Shown piece by piece: positions 54,962-64,000 of a DNA stretch of 64,000 nucleotides (within the stretch, counting starts at the first letter, position 1; the number at the start of each line of letters is the position of its first letter). Below the pieces are notes generated by a model that was given only the letters and a program-made list of their open reading frames with translations, ran no database searches and was not told the DNA's origin. The translations under genes and the position numbers were made by a program. Origin of the DNA: Methanocaldococcus indicus (lineage in GTDB: Archaea > AGJL01 > Methanococci > Methanococcales > Methanocaldococcaceae); contig NZ_CP186926.1 of the NCBI RefSeq assembly GCF_049554935.1, forward strand, positions 1,350,294 through 1,414,293. Reading direction: 5' to 3'.

Positions 54962-55788
54962 ACATATATGAATTAAAAAATGTATTTTATAAATATCCTG
55001 ATGGTTCTTTGGCTTTAGAAGATGTTAGTATGAAGATTAAAAAGAATGAGGTTGTTGCAATACTTGGACCAAATGGAGCAGGAAAAACAACCTTATTAAA
55101 AATATTAGATGGTTTAGAATTTCCACAAAAAGGAGAGGTATATTTTGAAGGTAAAAAATTAACTGATGAAATATTTAGAAATAAAGAGCTAATGAAGGAA
55201 TTTAGAAGAAAAGTAGGATTTATTTTCCAGAATCCAGATGTTATGCTATTTAATCCAACTGTTTGGGATGAAGTTGCATTTTCACCTTTACATCTGTATT
55301 CTGAGGAAGAAGCAATAAAAATAACAGATAACACTTTAAAGAAAATGAACATTTACCATTTAAAGGACAAACATCCATATAATTTAAGTGGAGGTGAGAA
55401 AAAAAAGGTTTCTATATCATGTATTTTATCTATATCTCCAGAAGTCATTTTAATGGATGAACCTACAGCTGCATTAGACCCAAAAAGTAAAGAGTATGTA
55501 AAAAATTTAATAAAAAAATTTAAAGATGAAAATAAAACAGTTATATTTGTTACACATGACTTAGATTTAGTAAGTTTAGCAGATAGATGCTATATATTAA
55601 ATAAAAAAATAATATTTGAAGGTAAGCCAAAAGAATTATTCTCTTTGAATTTAGATGAATTAAATTTAGATATCCCTGAAATCTCAAAATTATTTATTAA
55701 GCTAAAAGAGCAGGGCTATCCTATAAATGAAATACCTCTAACTGTTAATGAAGCTGTTAATATCTTAAATCAACTTATTAAAAGATAA
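54958..55788 (+). CDS. cbiO: ECF transporter ATPase CbiO/NikO
   Basis: GPNGAGKTT, FQNPD, LSGGEKK and DEPT motifs. Confidence 0.94.
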   Translation: MNIYELKNVFYKYPDGSLALEDVSMKIKKNEVVAILGPNGAGKTTLLKILDGLEFPQKGEVYFEGKKLTDEIFRNKELMKEFRRKVGFIFQNPDVMLFNPTVWDEVAFSPLHLYSEEEAIKITDNTLKKMNIYHLKDKHPYNLSGGEKKKVSISCILSISPEVILMDEPTAALDPKSKEYVKNLIKKFKDENKTVIFVTHDLDLVSLADRCYILNKKIIFEGKPKELFSLNLDELNLDIPEISKLFIKLKEQGYPINEIPLTVNEAVNILNQLIKR

Positions 55789-56245
55789 TTATTCATAATT
55801 AAACCAACAATAACCATCCTTTTTTTCAATAACGTTACTTATTATACTTTAACTTATATTCTTTATTTTTAAGTTCTGATAAACAACTTATTATTAAAGC
55901 TGGAAGAATACATGCACTACCAGAAATTTCAGCTTCTCCTATTTGTTTTGGACAGTATTTACATTTGTCTATTTTAATACCTATCTTGTTATTTGTTATT
56001 ATATAATCATCTGAAATCTCACAGTATTTTATTATAAAATCAATTAACTCATCTTCTTTTTGTGGAATATTGTTTGATGTTTCTTTTATATATTTAGCTA
56101 TTTTCCTTCCTACATCATATCCTATAATATTTGAACATCCTTGATTTAATATACCAAAATTAGCTAATGCAGACACTATTGAAGTTAAAACAATATGAAG
56201 ATTTGTCAATTTTCTATTTTCTACTATATCTTTATATTTACTCAA
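55789..56245 (-). pseudogene. V4R/methanogen-output-domain-like protein with a 3' frameshift
   Basis: The track ORF ends at 55835; a shifted frame continues SNVIEKKDGYCWFNYE* to 55789, abutting the cbiO stop. Confidence 0.55.
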
Positions 56246-56349
56246 AAATATCCATCAATATTTTGGATTTATCATTTATTTACAGTGAATTAAAGTTATT
56301 TTTAAAAAATAAAAGCCTTACTATTTGTTTCATAAATTAATTAATATAT

Positions 56350-56859
56350 TCAAATTTTTTTTAAAAGAATATTTATAGATTTTTCAAAGGCTTCTTTTTC
56401 AGGAATTATAACAACAACAGGAATATCTACTATTTTTTCAATTGTAGAGCTAACTATTGGAGCACATATAATTCCCTTAGCTCCTTCTCTTTCAGCATTT
56501 ACTGCTGATATTATACACTCTTCCAAAGTATTTGCAGGATATTCTTTGATTTTAAATGTTTTACTGTTTATTTTCACTTCTTTTTTTGTTAGATTATTTA
56601 AAACAGTCCTGGCAGCTATGATAGCAATAAAGTTTTCCTCTTTTTTACTTTCAAATCTCTCAAGAGTTTTTAAAATTTTGATTAATGTTGAAACTCTAAA
56701 ATCTTTTCCACTAACTACTTTATATAATGTTCCATAAGGTATATTAGATAGTTCTGAAAATTCTTTCAAACTAATATTTAGATTTATAAGTATTTTTTTA
56801 AATTCTTCTGAAAAATTGTTAGTTAGTAGGCTCTTTAAGAGCCTTTCTTTTAAATTCAT
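56350..56859 (-). CDS. XRE-family HTH transcriptional regulator with a C-terminal alpha/beta domain
   Basis: SLKEFSELSNIPYGTLYKV..G.DFRVSTL HTH; IAIIAAR and GIICAPIVS motifs. Confidence 0.88.
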   Translation of the reverse strand: MNLKERLLKSLLTNNFSEEFKKILINLNISLKEFSELSNIPYGTLYKVVSGKDFRVSTLIKILKTLERFESKKEENFIAIIAARTVLNNLTKKEVKINSKTFKIKEYPANTLEECIISAVNAEREGAKGIICAPIVSSTIEKIVDIPVVVIIPEKEAFEKSINILLKKI

Positions 56860-56868
56860 CTTCTCACT

Positions 56869-57954
56869 TTAAATTATGAAATCAATACCTCCAACTTTCT
56901 TAGCTTTTGGTTTAGCATCTTTTGGGATAATTCTTTTACTTTCTTTATTGCTATCCTTTCCAATTATGTTAGATGATTTTACTCCTGTTATAATAGCCAT
57001 AACTCTTATACATCCTTCCATTTCAGGGTCTATTCTTGCTCCCCAGATAACATTTGCATCAGGGTCTAAGTATTGGGTTATTCCTTCCCCAATATCATTT
57101 GCCTCTTTTAAAGTTAAATCTGGCCCTCCTGTTATATGAATAAGAGCTCCTTTAGCCCCTCTAAAATCAACATCTAATAAAGGACATTTTAAAGTTTCAT
57201 TAACAACATTTTTGACTCTATCTCCTCTATCTGAGCTATCAACTTCTCCAACACTAATTAATGCAACTCCTCCATTGGACATAATTGCCCTAACATCTGC
57301 AAAGTCAATATTTATTAAACTTGGAACTGCTATTGTTTCAGTTATTCCTTTAACTGCTTGGGCTATAATTTCATCAGCTACTTTAAATGCATCATTTAGA
57401 GGGAGATTAGGAACTAAATCTAAAAGTTTGTTGTTATCTACAACAATAACAGTATCACAAACCTCAGTCATTTTAGCTATTCCTTCTTCAGCTTTCTTCA
57501 TTCTTGCTCTTTCTATCTTGAATGGATATGTTACTACTCCAACAACTATAGCCCCTAATTCCTTAGCTATTCTTGCAACAACTGGAGCAGAGCCAGTCCC
57601 TGTCCCTCCTCCCATTCCAGCAGTAACAAATACTAAATCAGCTCCTTTTAATAGCTCTTCTAACTGATTTTTAGCCATTTCAGCTGCTTTTTCTCCTATT
57701 TCTGGATATCCTCCTGCTCCTAATCCTCTTGTTAATGTTGAACCAATTAAAATCTTTTTATGTGCTTGAATAACCTCTAAGTGTTGCTTATCTGTATTTA
57801 TAGCTATTGTCTCTGCCCCTTGAATACCTAACTCCATTAACCTATTTATTGTATTATTTCCAGCTCCCCCACAACCTACAACTAAAATCCTTGCTTCACC
57901 TAAATTATTAACGGAAACTGTATTTCTTGATAGTGCATCTTTTACTAATTTCAT
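56869..57954 (-). CDS. ftsZ: Cell division protein FtsZ (FtsZ2-type)
   Basis: [17 protein letters not shown] and NIDFADV motifs; MKLVKDAL N-terminus. Confidence 0.97.
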   Translation of the reverse strand: MKLVKDALSRNTVSVNNLGEARILVVGCGGAGNNTINRLMELGIQGAETIAINTDKQHLEVIQAHKKILIGSTLTRGLGAGGYPEIGEKAAEMAKNQLEELLKGADLVFVTAGMGGGTGTGSAPVVARIAKELGAIVVGVVTYPFKIERARMKKAEEGIAKMTEVCDTVIVVDNNKLLDLVPNLPLNDAFKVADEIIAQAVKGITETIAVPSLINIDFADVRAIMSNGGVALISVGEVDSSDRGDRVKNVVNETLKCPLLDVDFRGAKGALIHITGGPDLTLKEANDIGEGITQYLDPDANVIWGARIDPEMEGCIRVMAIITGVKSSNIIGKDSNKESKRIIPKDAKPKAKKVGGIDFII

Positions 57955-58091
57955 TTTTATCCTCCTATCTTTATATTTGTAAATTTTCTATTGGTAGTTA
58001 AATAAAAATAAATCATAATAACTTATATAATATACTGCTAACTTTTTATTCTTTTTAATAATTATTATATTATATATAAATTATATATATT

Positions 58092-59021
58092 ATGAAGTGT
58101 TGGCCTATGATATACCAAATATTAAGGAAACAGAGATATCAGATATATAAACATGTTGCTGTAAAGTTGTGTGGTTGGTTGAAAAAGAAGATGCTTGAAG
58201 ATAAAGATTGTTATAAATCTAAGTTTTATGGGATAGAGACACATAGATGTATCCAATGTACTCCTTCATTAATTTGTCAGCAGTCATGTATATTTTGTTG
58301 GAGAGTTTTGCCAGAGGATGTGGGAGAAGATTTAGAGATAGAGGAGTGGTTAGAGCCAGAAGTAGTATATAATAAAATTTTAGAAATGCAGAAGAAGGCA
58401 ATAATGGGATATAAAGGAATTTTAGATAGAGTTGGAGAAAAGAAATTTAATGAAGCTTTAAATCCTAAGCATGTTGCTCTATCCTTAGCAGGAGAACCTA
58501 CACTTTATCCATATATTGATGAATTAATAAATTTATTTAATAAAAGAGGATTCACAACATTTATTGTGTCTAATGGTATATTGACAGAGGTTATAGAAAA
58601 GATAAAACCAACTCAGCTTTATGTTTCCTTAGATGCTTATGATTTAGAGAGTTATAAAAGGATTTGTAGAGGAAAAGATGAATATTGGGAAAGTATTTTA
58701 AATACTTTAAATATCTTACATAAAAAGGAGAGAAGTTGCATAAGAACAACATTGATTAGAGGTTTAAATACAGATATTGAGAAATTTATAGAACTTTATG
58801 AGTTGGCTGATGTTAATTTTATTGAGTTAAAGTCCTATATGCATGTTGGTTTTTCTCAAAAGAGATTAAAAAAAGAGCATATGTTAGAGCATAAAGAGGT
58901 TTTAGAGTTGGCTAAAATTGTAGAAGAAAATAGCAAGTATAAAATAGTAGATGAGAGTGAAGATAGTAGAGTTGTCTTATTAATGAATGAAGAAAGAAAA
59001 ATAGATAAAAAAATTAAATAA
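58092..59021 (+). CDS. taw1: 4-demethylwyosine synthase Taw1/Tyw1 (radical SAM)
   Basis: VKLCGW, CYKSKFYGI, CQQSCIFCWR and ALSLAGEPTLY motifs. Confidence 0.95.
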   Translation: MKCWPMIYQILRKQRYQIYKHVAVKLCGWLKKKMLEDKDCYKSKFYGIETHRCIQCTPSLICQQSCIFCWRVLPEDVGEDLEIEEWLEPEVVYNKILEMQKKAIMGYKGILDRVGEKKFNEALNPKHVALSLAGEPTLYPYIDELINLFNKRGFTTFIVSNGILTEVIEKIKPTQLYVSLDAYDLESYKRICRGKDEYWESILNTLNILHKKERSCIRTTLIRGLNTDIEKFIELYELADVNFIELKSYMHVGFSQKRLKKEHMLEHKEVLELAKIVEENSKYKIVDESEDSRVVLLMNEERKIDKKIK

Positions 59022-59027
59022 TAGTTT

Positions 59028-59597
59028 ATGAGGATAGATATGATAATAGGAGTTTTAGCTATTCAGGGAGCTGTTGAAGAGCATTTAGAGGCATTAAAAA
59101 AAGCTGGATATGAAGGAAAAAGAGTTAAAAGAAAAGAAGATTTAAAAGATATAGATGCCTTAATAATTCCTGGAGGAGAGAGCACAACAATAGGCAAACT
59201 TATGGTAAAATATGGATTGTATGATGAGATAATAAACTCTGATTTACCAATATTGGGAACATGTGCAGGAATGGTGCTTTTATCAAAGGATTGTGGGAGA
59301 GAACAAATTTTATTAAAATTGATGGATATAAAGGTTAAGAGAAATGCCTATGGAAGACAAAAGGATAGTTTTGAAAAAGAGATAGAATTTAAAGATTTAG
59401 GAAAGATATATGGTGTATTTATAAGAGCTCCTATTGTAGAGAAAATTTTGAGTGATGATGTTGAGGTTATTGCAAAAGAAGGAGATAATATAGTTGGAGT
59501 TCTTCAAGATAAATATATGGCATTATCCTTCCATCCAGAACTTTCAGATGATGGATATAAAGTTTATAACTATTTTGTTAAAAGGTGTGTCAAATAA
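59028..59597 (+). CDS. pdxT: PLP synthase glutaminase subunit
   Basis: PGGESTT, GTCAG, RNAYGRQ, FIRAP and FHPE motifs. Confidence 0.96.
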   Translation: MRIDMIIGVLAIQGAVEEHLEALKKAGYEGKRVKRKEDLKDIDALIIPGGESTTIGKLMVKYGLYDEIINSDLPILGTCAGMVLLSKDCGREQILLKLMDIKVKRNAYGRQKDSFEKEIEFKDLGKIYGVFIRAPIVEKILSDDVEVIAKEGDNIVGVLQDKYMALSFHPELSDDGYKVYNYFVKRCVK

Positions 59598-61054
59598 TGT
59601 TTATAATGGTTGTTGGAACCTCTTCAGATTCTGGAAAATCAACAATTGCATTAGGATTATGTAGATACTTATCCAACTTAGGATATAAAGTAGCTCCTTT
59701 CAAATCTCAAAATATGAGTTTAAATTCAAGAGTTACCAAAGAAGATGGAGAGATTGCTGTTGCACAATATATCCAAAGTTTAGCTGCAAGAACTGAGCCA
59801 TCAGTACATTTTAATCCTATTTTGCTTAAACCAAAAGGAAACTTTAAATCTCAAGTTATAGTTCATGGAAAACCTTATAAAGATATGGATTATAATGAGT
59901 ATAGAAAAAATAAGGATTATTTTTTAAAAAAGATTAAGGAAAGTTTAGAAATTTTAAAAGAGAACTATGATTTTGTTGTTATGGAAGGGGCTGGAAGTTG
60001 TTGTGAAATAAATCTCTTAGAGAATGATATTGCAAATTTAAGGATAGCTGAATTAGTAAATGCTAAAGCTATTTTAGTTGCTGATATTGATAGAGGGGGA
60101 GTATTTGCATCTATATATGGGACTATAAAGCTACTTCCAGAAAAATGGAGAAAGTTGATAAAAGGGATAGTAATTAACAAATTTAGAGGAAACATTGATG
60201 TTTTAAAAGATGGAATAGATAAGATAGAGGAACTTACTGGTATTCCTGTTTTAGGAGTTGTCCCATACTGTGAAGATTTAAATCTTCCATCAGAAGATAG
60301 TCAAGCTCTACAAAAATTAAAGAGTTTTGGAAATAAAAAAAGTAAGATAAATGTAAATGTAGTTAAATTCAATAAGATTTCCAATTTTTGGGATATTGAA
60401 GTTTTAAAATATGACAGCTATATAAAACTTCTAAATTTTGATGAGGATATTGATGGAGATATTCTCATTCTTCCAGGGACAAGAACAGCTGTTAATGAAT
60501 CTTATTTTTTAAAAGAATATAATTGGGATGAGAAAATAAATGAATTTTTAAAAGATGGAGGTATAGTTGTAGGAATTTGTGGGGGTTATCAAGTGTTAGG
60601 AGAAAGATTAATAAATGAGAAACTAACTGATGGAGATTATAAATATATAGATGGATTAAAAATTTTAAAAACAAAGACTGTTTTTGGAAATAAAAAGATA
60701 ATCAAAAATTCAATAGGTATATTTAATAATTTGATTATAAAGGGCTATGAACTACATGAAGGATATACTTATTCAAAAGAAAAACCATTTTTAAAGATTG
60801 AGAGAGGTTTTGGTAATTGTGGAGATGGTTTTGATGGAGCAATTAAGGAAGATAAAGGTTTAGTTATAGGTACATACTTCCATGGAATATTTGAAAATTT
60901 TGAATTTAGAAAATATTTGTTAGATAAAGTTTGTGAAAGAAAAGGTTTAGATAAGATAAGTGAAGATAAATACAATAAGCAATTAGAAGAAAGCTTTAAC
61001 AAGGCAGCAAATATATTAAAGGATAATTTAAATTTAGATATTTTAATTGGTTAG
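59585..61054 (+). CDS. cobQ: Cobyric acid synthase
   Basis: [29 protein letters not shown] and GTYFHG motifs. Confidence 0.96.
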   Translation: MCQIMFIMVVGTSSDSGKSTIALGLCRYLSNLGYKVAPFKSQNMSLNSRVTKEDGEIAVAQYIQSLAARTEPSVHFNPILLKPKGNFKSQVIVHGKPYKDMDYNEYRKNKDYFLKKIKESLEILKENYDFVVMEGAGSCCEINLLENDIANLRIAELVNAKAILVADIDRGGVFASIYGTIKLLPEKWRKLIKGIVINKFRGNIDVLKDGIDKIEELTGIPVLGVVPYCEDLNLPSEDSQALQKLKSFGNKKSKINVNVVKFNKISNFWDIEVLKYDSYIKLLNFDEDIDGDILILPGTRTAVNESYFLKEYNWDEKINEFLKDGGIVVGICGGYQVLGERLINEKLTDGDYKYIDGLKILKTKTVFGNKKIIKNSIGIFNNLIIKGYELHEGYTYSKEKPFLKIERGFGNCGDGFDGAIKEDKGLVIGTYFHGIFENFEFRKYLLDKVCERKGLDKISEDKYNKQLEESFNKAANILKDNLNLDILIG

Positions 61055-61060
61055 ATAGTT

Positions 61061-61693
61061 ATGTTTATGGGTGCTATAAGTAAAGAAGGATTAGATATTG
61101 CTAAAAAATCAAGAGAGATTGTTAGAGAAAAGATAAAAAATATTATTGATATTGAAAAATATTCAAAAGAAGAAATTTCAATTATAGAAAGAGTTGTTCA
61201 TTCAACAGCTGATGTAGAATATGCTAAACTCTTAGTTTTTAAAAATAATCCTATAAAAAATGGGGTTGAAAGTATTAAAAGTAGAGTTCCTATTGTAACT
61301 GATATTAACATGATAAAGGCAGGAATTAGGTATGATAAAGTTTTCTGCTTTATAAATAATGAAGATGTTTATAAATTAGCAAAAGAAGAGGAAATAACAA
61401 GAGCATCAGCAGCTATGAAATATGCTAAGGACTTAATAGATGGAGGAATTGTTGTTATTGGGAATGCTCCAACTGCTTTATTTGAGGTTGTGAGATTAGT
61501 TAAGGAAGAAAATATAAAACCTAAGTTAATTGTTGGAGTTCCTGTGGGTTTTGTCCAAGCAAGTGAATCAAAAGAAGCTTTAAGAGAGTTAGATGTTCCA
61601 TCTATTTCAACTATTGGCCCAAAGGGAGGGACATCTGTTGCAGTAGCTATAACAAATGGAATTATTGCACTTGCAAAAAAAGAGGAGGTTTAA
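61061..61693 (+). CDS. cbiC: Cobalt-precorrin-8 methylmutase
   Basis: RVVHSTAD, TRAS, GNAPTAL and GVPVGFV motifs. Confidence 0.95.
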   Translation: MFMGAISKEGLDIAKKSREIVREKIKNIIDIEKYSKEEISIIERVVHSTADVEYAKLLVFKNNPIKNGVESIKSRVPIVTDINMIKAGIRYDKVFCFINNEDVYKLAKEEEITRASAAMKYAKDLIDGGIVVIGNAPTALFEVVRLVKEENIKPKLIVGVPVGFVQASESKEALRELDVPSISTIGPKGGTSVAVAITNGIIALAKKEEV

Positions 61694-62812
61694 ATGCTAA
61701 TTTTAGTTAGATATGGTGAAATAGGAATTAAATCAAAAGTAATTAGGAGAGAGTTAGAAAATTTATTAAGGAAAAATATAATTAAGCTATTAAAAAAGTA
61801 TGATATTGATTGTGATGTAAATATCTTACATGGTAGATTATTAGTTAAAATAAATACAAAAGGTAAGGAAGAAGAAGCAAAAAAATTATTAAAGAAAGTT
61901 TTAGGGATTGTTTCATATAGTGTTGTTTATGAATGTCCATTGGATATTGAAGAAATAATTAACACAGCAATACAGCTTGTAAAAAAAGCTTTATCTGAAA
62001 GAGAAATTAAAACTTTTGCTGTAAAGACAAAAAGAAGTAATAAGAACTTTCCATATACCTCTATGGAAGTTAATGAAAAAGTAGGAGAAGAAATATTAAA
62101 CAAATTCAATTTAAAAGTTGATTTAGAAAATCCTGATTTAACTATTGGAATAGAAATTTTAAAGAATAGAGTTTATGTATTTTATGAGATATATAAGGGC
62201 TTTGGTGGCTTACCAGTAGGTAGTCAAGGAAAGGTTTTAGTTCTTTTATCTGATGGCATAGATAGTCCAGTAGCAGCTTTTTTAATGATGAAAAGAGGTT
62301 GTAGAGTTGTCCCTTTACATCTAAAAATATCTGATGAAGGTTTAGATAAAGTTAGAAGGATAGTTAATATCCTTTCTGATTATGACACTGAGATGGAATT
62401 AGTTGTATATAACTATACAGATGAATTAATGGAAATAGCTAATAAACTTAAAGAAATCAAAAAAGAAAACTATACATGTATATTTTGTAAAAGAAAAATG
62501 CTAAAATTGGCTGTTAAATATGCAAAATACTTAGATTGTGATGCTGTTGTAACTGGAGATAGTTTAGGACAAGTAGCATCACAAACTTTAAAAAATTTGA
62601 GTGTTATCAATAAAGATATAAATTATTTAGTATTAAGACCTTTAATAGGATTAGATAAGGATGAGATAATTAAGATAGCTAAAGAAATAGGAACATACAA
62701 CATATCAACTGAAAAAGAAATAAAATGTCCTTTTGTTCCAAAACATCCAAAAACTATAGCTAAATGGGATGATATAGAAAAAATAAGAAAAAAAGTAAAT
62801 ATAAAGATTTAA
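61694..62812 (+). CDS. thiI: tRNA 4-thiouridine synthase ThiI
   Basis: [14 protein letters not shown] domain, PP-loop SDGIDS, CxxC and [11 protein letters not shown]. Confidence 0.95.
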   Translation: MLILVRYGEIGIKSKVIRRELENLLRKNIIKLLKKYDIDCDVNILHGRLLVKINTKGKEEEAKKLLKKVLGIVSYSVVYECPLDIEEIINTAIQLVKKALSEREIKTFAVKTKRSNKNFPYTSMEVNEKVGEEILNKFNLKVDLENPDLTIGIEILKNRVYVFYEIYKGFGGLPVGSQGKVLVLLSDGIDSPVAAFLMMKRGCRVVPLHLKISDEGLDKVRRIVNILSDYDTEMELVVYNYTDELMEIANKLKEIKKENYTCIFCKRKMLKLAVKYAKYLDCDAVVTGDSLGQVASQTLKNLSVINKDINYLVLRPLIGLDKDEIIKIAKEIGTYNISTEKEIKCPFVPKHPKTIAKWDDIEKIRKKVNIKI

Positions 62813-63615
62813 TCAAATCTAATAGGAATTCCTTTTTTTATACAGTATTCCTTTATTTCTCTTATGGTATATTCTTTATAGTGCAAGATTCCTGCCATTA
62901 AAGCAGCATCAGCTTTATTTACAAATGCTTCATGAACATGTTCTGGCTTTCCACATCCACCACTTGCAATAACAGGAATATTAACATTTTCAGATACTGT
63001 CTTTGTTAATAACAAGTCATAACCATCTTTTGTCCCATCTTTGTCCATACTTGTCAATAAAATTTCTCCTGCTCCTAATTCTTCAACTTTTTTAGCCCAT
63101 GATATAGCATCAATTCCTGTTCCTTTTCTTCCCCCATAGATATAAACCTCAAACCAGAAATATCCCTTATCATCCTTAAACATATTTTTATTTTCATCTA
63201 TTTTGTTAGTGTAATGTCTTTTAGCATCTATTGCCACAACAACACACTGACTACCAAATATTTCACTTGCTTCTTTAATTAAATCAGGATTTTTAACAGC
63301 AGCTGTATTTACTGATATCTTATCAGCCCCAGCATTTAGAATCTTTCTAAAATCATCAATACTCTTAATTCCACCTCCAACAGTTAGAGGAATAAATACT
63401 TTTTCAGCTGTTCTTTCAACAACATCAATTAATATATCTCTCTTTTCAGCTGATGCAGTTATATCTAAAAACACTAACTCATCAGCTCCCTCATTATCAT
63501 AATATTCTGCCAACTCAACAGGATTTCCAGCATCTCTTAAATTTAAAAATTTTGTTCCTTTAACAACTCTACCATCTTTTATATCTAAACATGGAATTAT
63601 TCTTTTAGCCAACAT
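62809..63615 (-). CDS. hisF: Imidazole glycerol phosphate synthase cyclase subunit
   Basis: [22 protein letters not shown] and SMDKDGT motifs. Confidence 0.97.
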   Translation of the reverse strand: MLAKRIIPCLDIKDGRVVKGTKFLNLRDAGNPVELAEYYDNEGADELVFLDITASAEKRDILIDVVERTAEKVFIPLTVGGGIKSIDDFRKILNAGADKISVNTAAVKNPDLIKEASEIFGSQCVVVAIDAKRHYTNKIDENKNMFKDDKGYFWFEVYIYGGRKGTGIDAISWAKKVEELGAGEILLTSMDKDGTKDGYDLLLTKTVSENVNIPVIASGGCGKPEHVHEAFVNKADAALMAGILHYKEYTIREIKEYCIKKGIPIRFD

Positions 63616-63619
63616 TTTT

Positions 63620-64000
63620 TCACAACTCTAATTCTTCATCATTTCCATATATTTCTTTAGCCAATTTCAGAGCTCTAAGTGATGCTAAGTCTTTCTCTAA
63701 GTATTCTGATACAACATATTCAGTGAATTTTTTAATTTCTTTTGAGAATTTAGTTTTTATTTTTACCACTGGTTTTCCTTCTGTCCATTGTCTTTCCACA
63801 TTTACATCATATGGTAATATACCAACAACATCATCAGATATCTCAGTTAAATCAACAAGTCCCTGTGATTTATTAATTATAATCCCTTCAACTGGTATAT
63901 CTAAATCTAAAACTAATTCTTTAGCTCTAAGAGTATTTGCAATAGATGGGATACTATCATCTGAAACTAAAAATATAAAATTTATTAGTTCATATAAACT
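63620..64000 (-). CDS. C-terminal part of a MinD/ParA-family ATPase; partial
   Basis: Open frame from the window edge: [14 protein letters not shown]...GIIINK...[16 protein letters not shown]; TGA 4 nt before the hisF ATG. Confidence 0.75.
   Translation of the reverse strand, partial: SLYELINFIFLVSDDSIPSIANTLRAKELVLDLDIPVEGIIINKSQGLVDLTEISDDVVGILPYDVNVERQWTEGKPVVKIKTKFSKEIKKFTEYVVSEYLEKDLASLRALKLAKEIYGNDEELEL

Overview
Gene-dense, very AT-rich archaeal chromosome segment. Ftr, CofG, MptG, an HMf-type histone, class I LysRS and Taw1/Taw3 point to a hyperthermophilic Methanococcales methanogen (Methanocaldococcus-like). About 60 CDSs are present, mostly housekeeping: His biosynthesis, cofactor synthesis, RNA modification, translation, FtsZ, FtsY and Cdc48. 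Features outside the ORF track: (1) a complete H/ACA guide RNA (29150-29222, minus) whose pocket matches a 16S rRNA segment I recall for Methanococcales; (2) a C/D box sRNA (26093-26148) possibly aimed at the 23S peptidyl-transferase loop; (3) three small unannotated ORFs (Trm112, a His-motif helical protein, a Zn ribbon); (4) an ITPase that can only start at ATA; (5) an in-frame TGA in nikQ/cbiQ and a frameshift in a V4R-like gene; (6) an accessory islet (about 35.6-39.7 kb) with an Fe-alcohol dehydrogenase, a stand-alone FIST sensor, a 15-bp promoter repeat and an IS6 element flanked by two truncated genes; (7) an Orange-protein-like mini-module next to Mrp/NBP35 with a CATATG palindrome. 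I saw no CRISPR array, tRNA or rRNA. All family calls come from motif recognition; no database searches were run.
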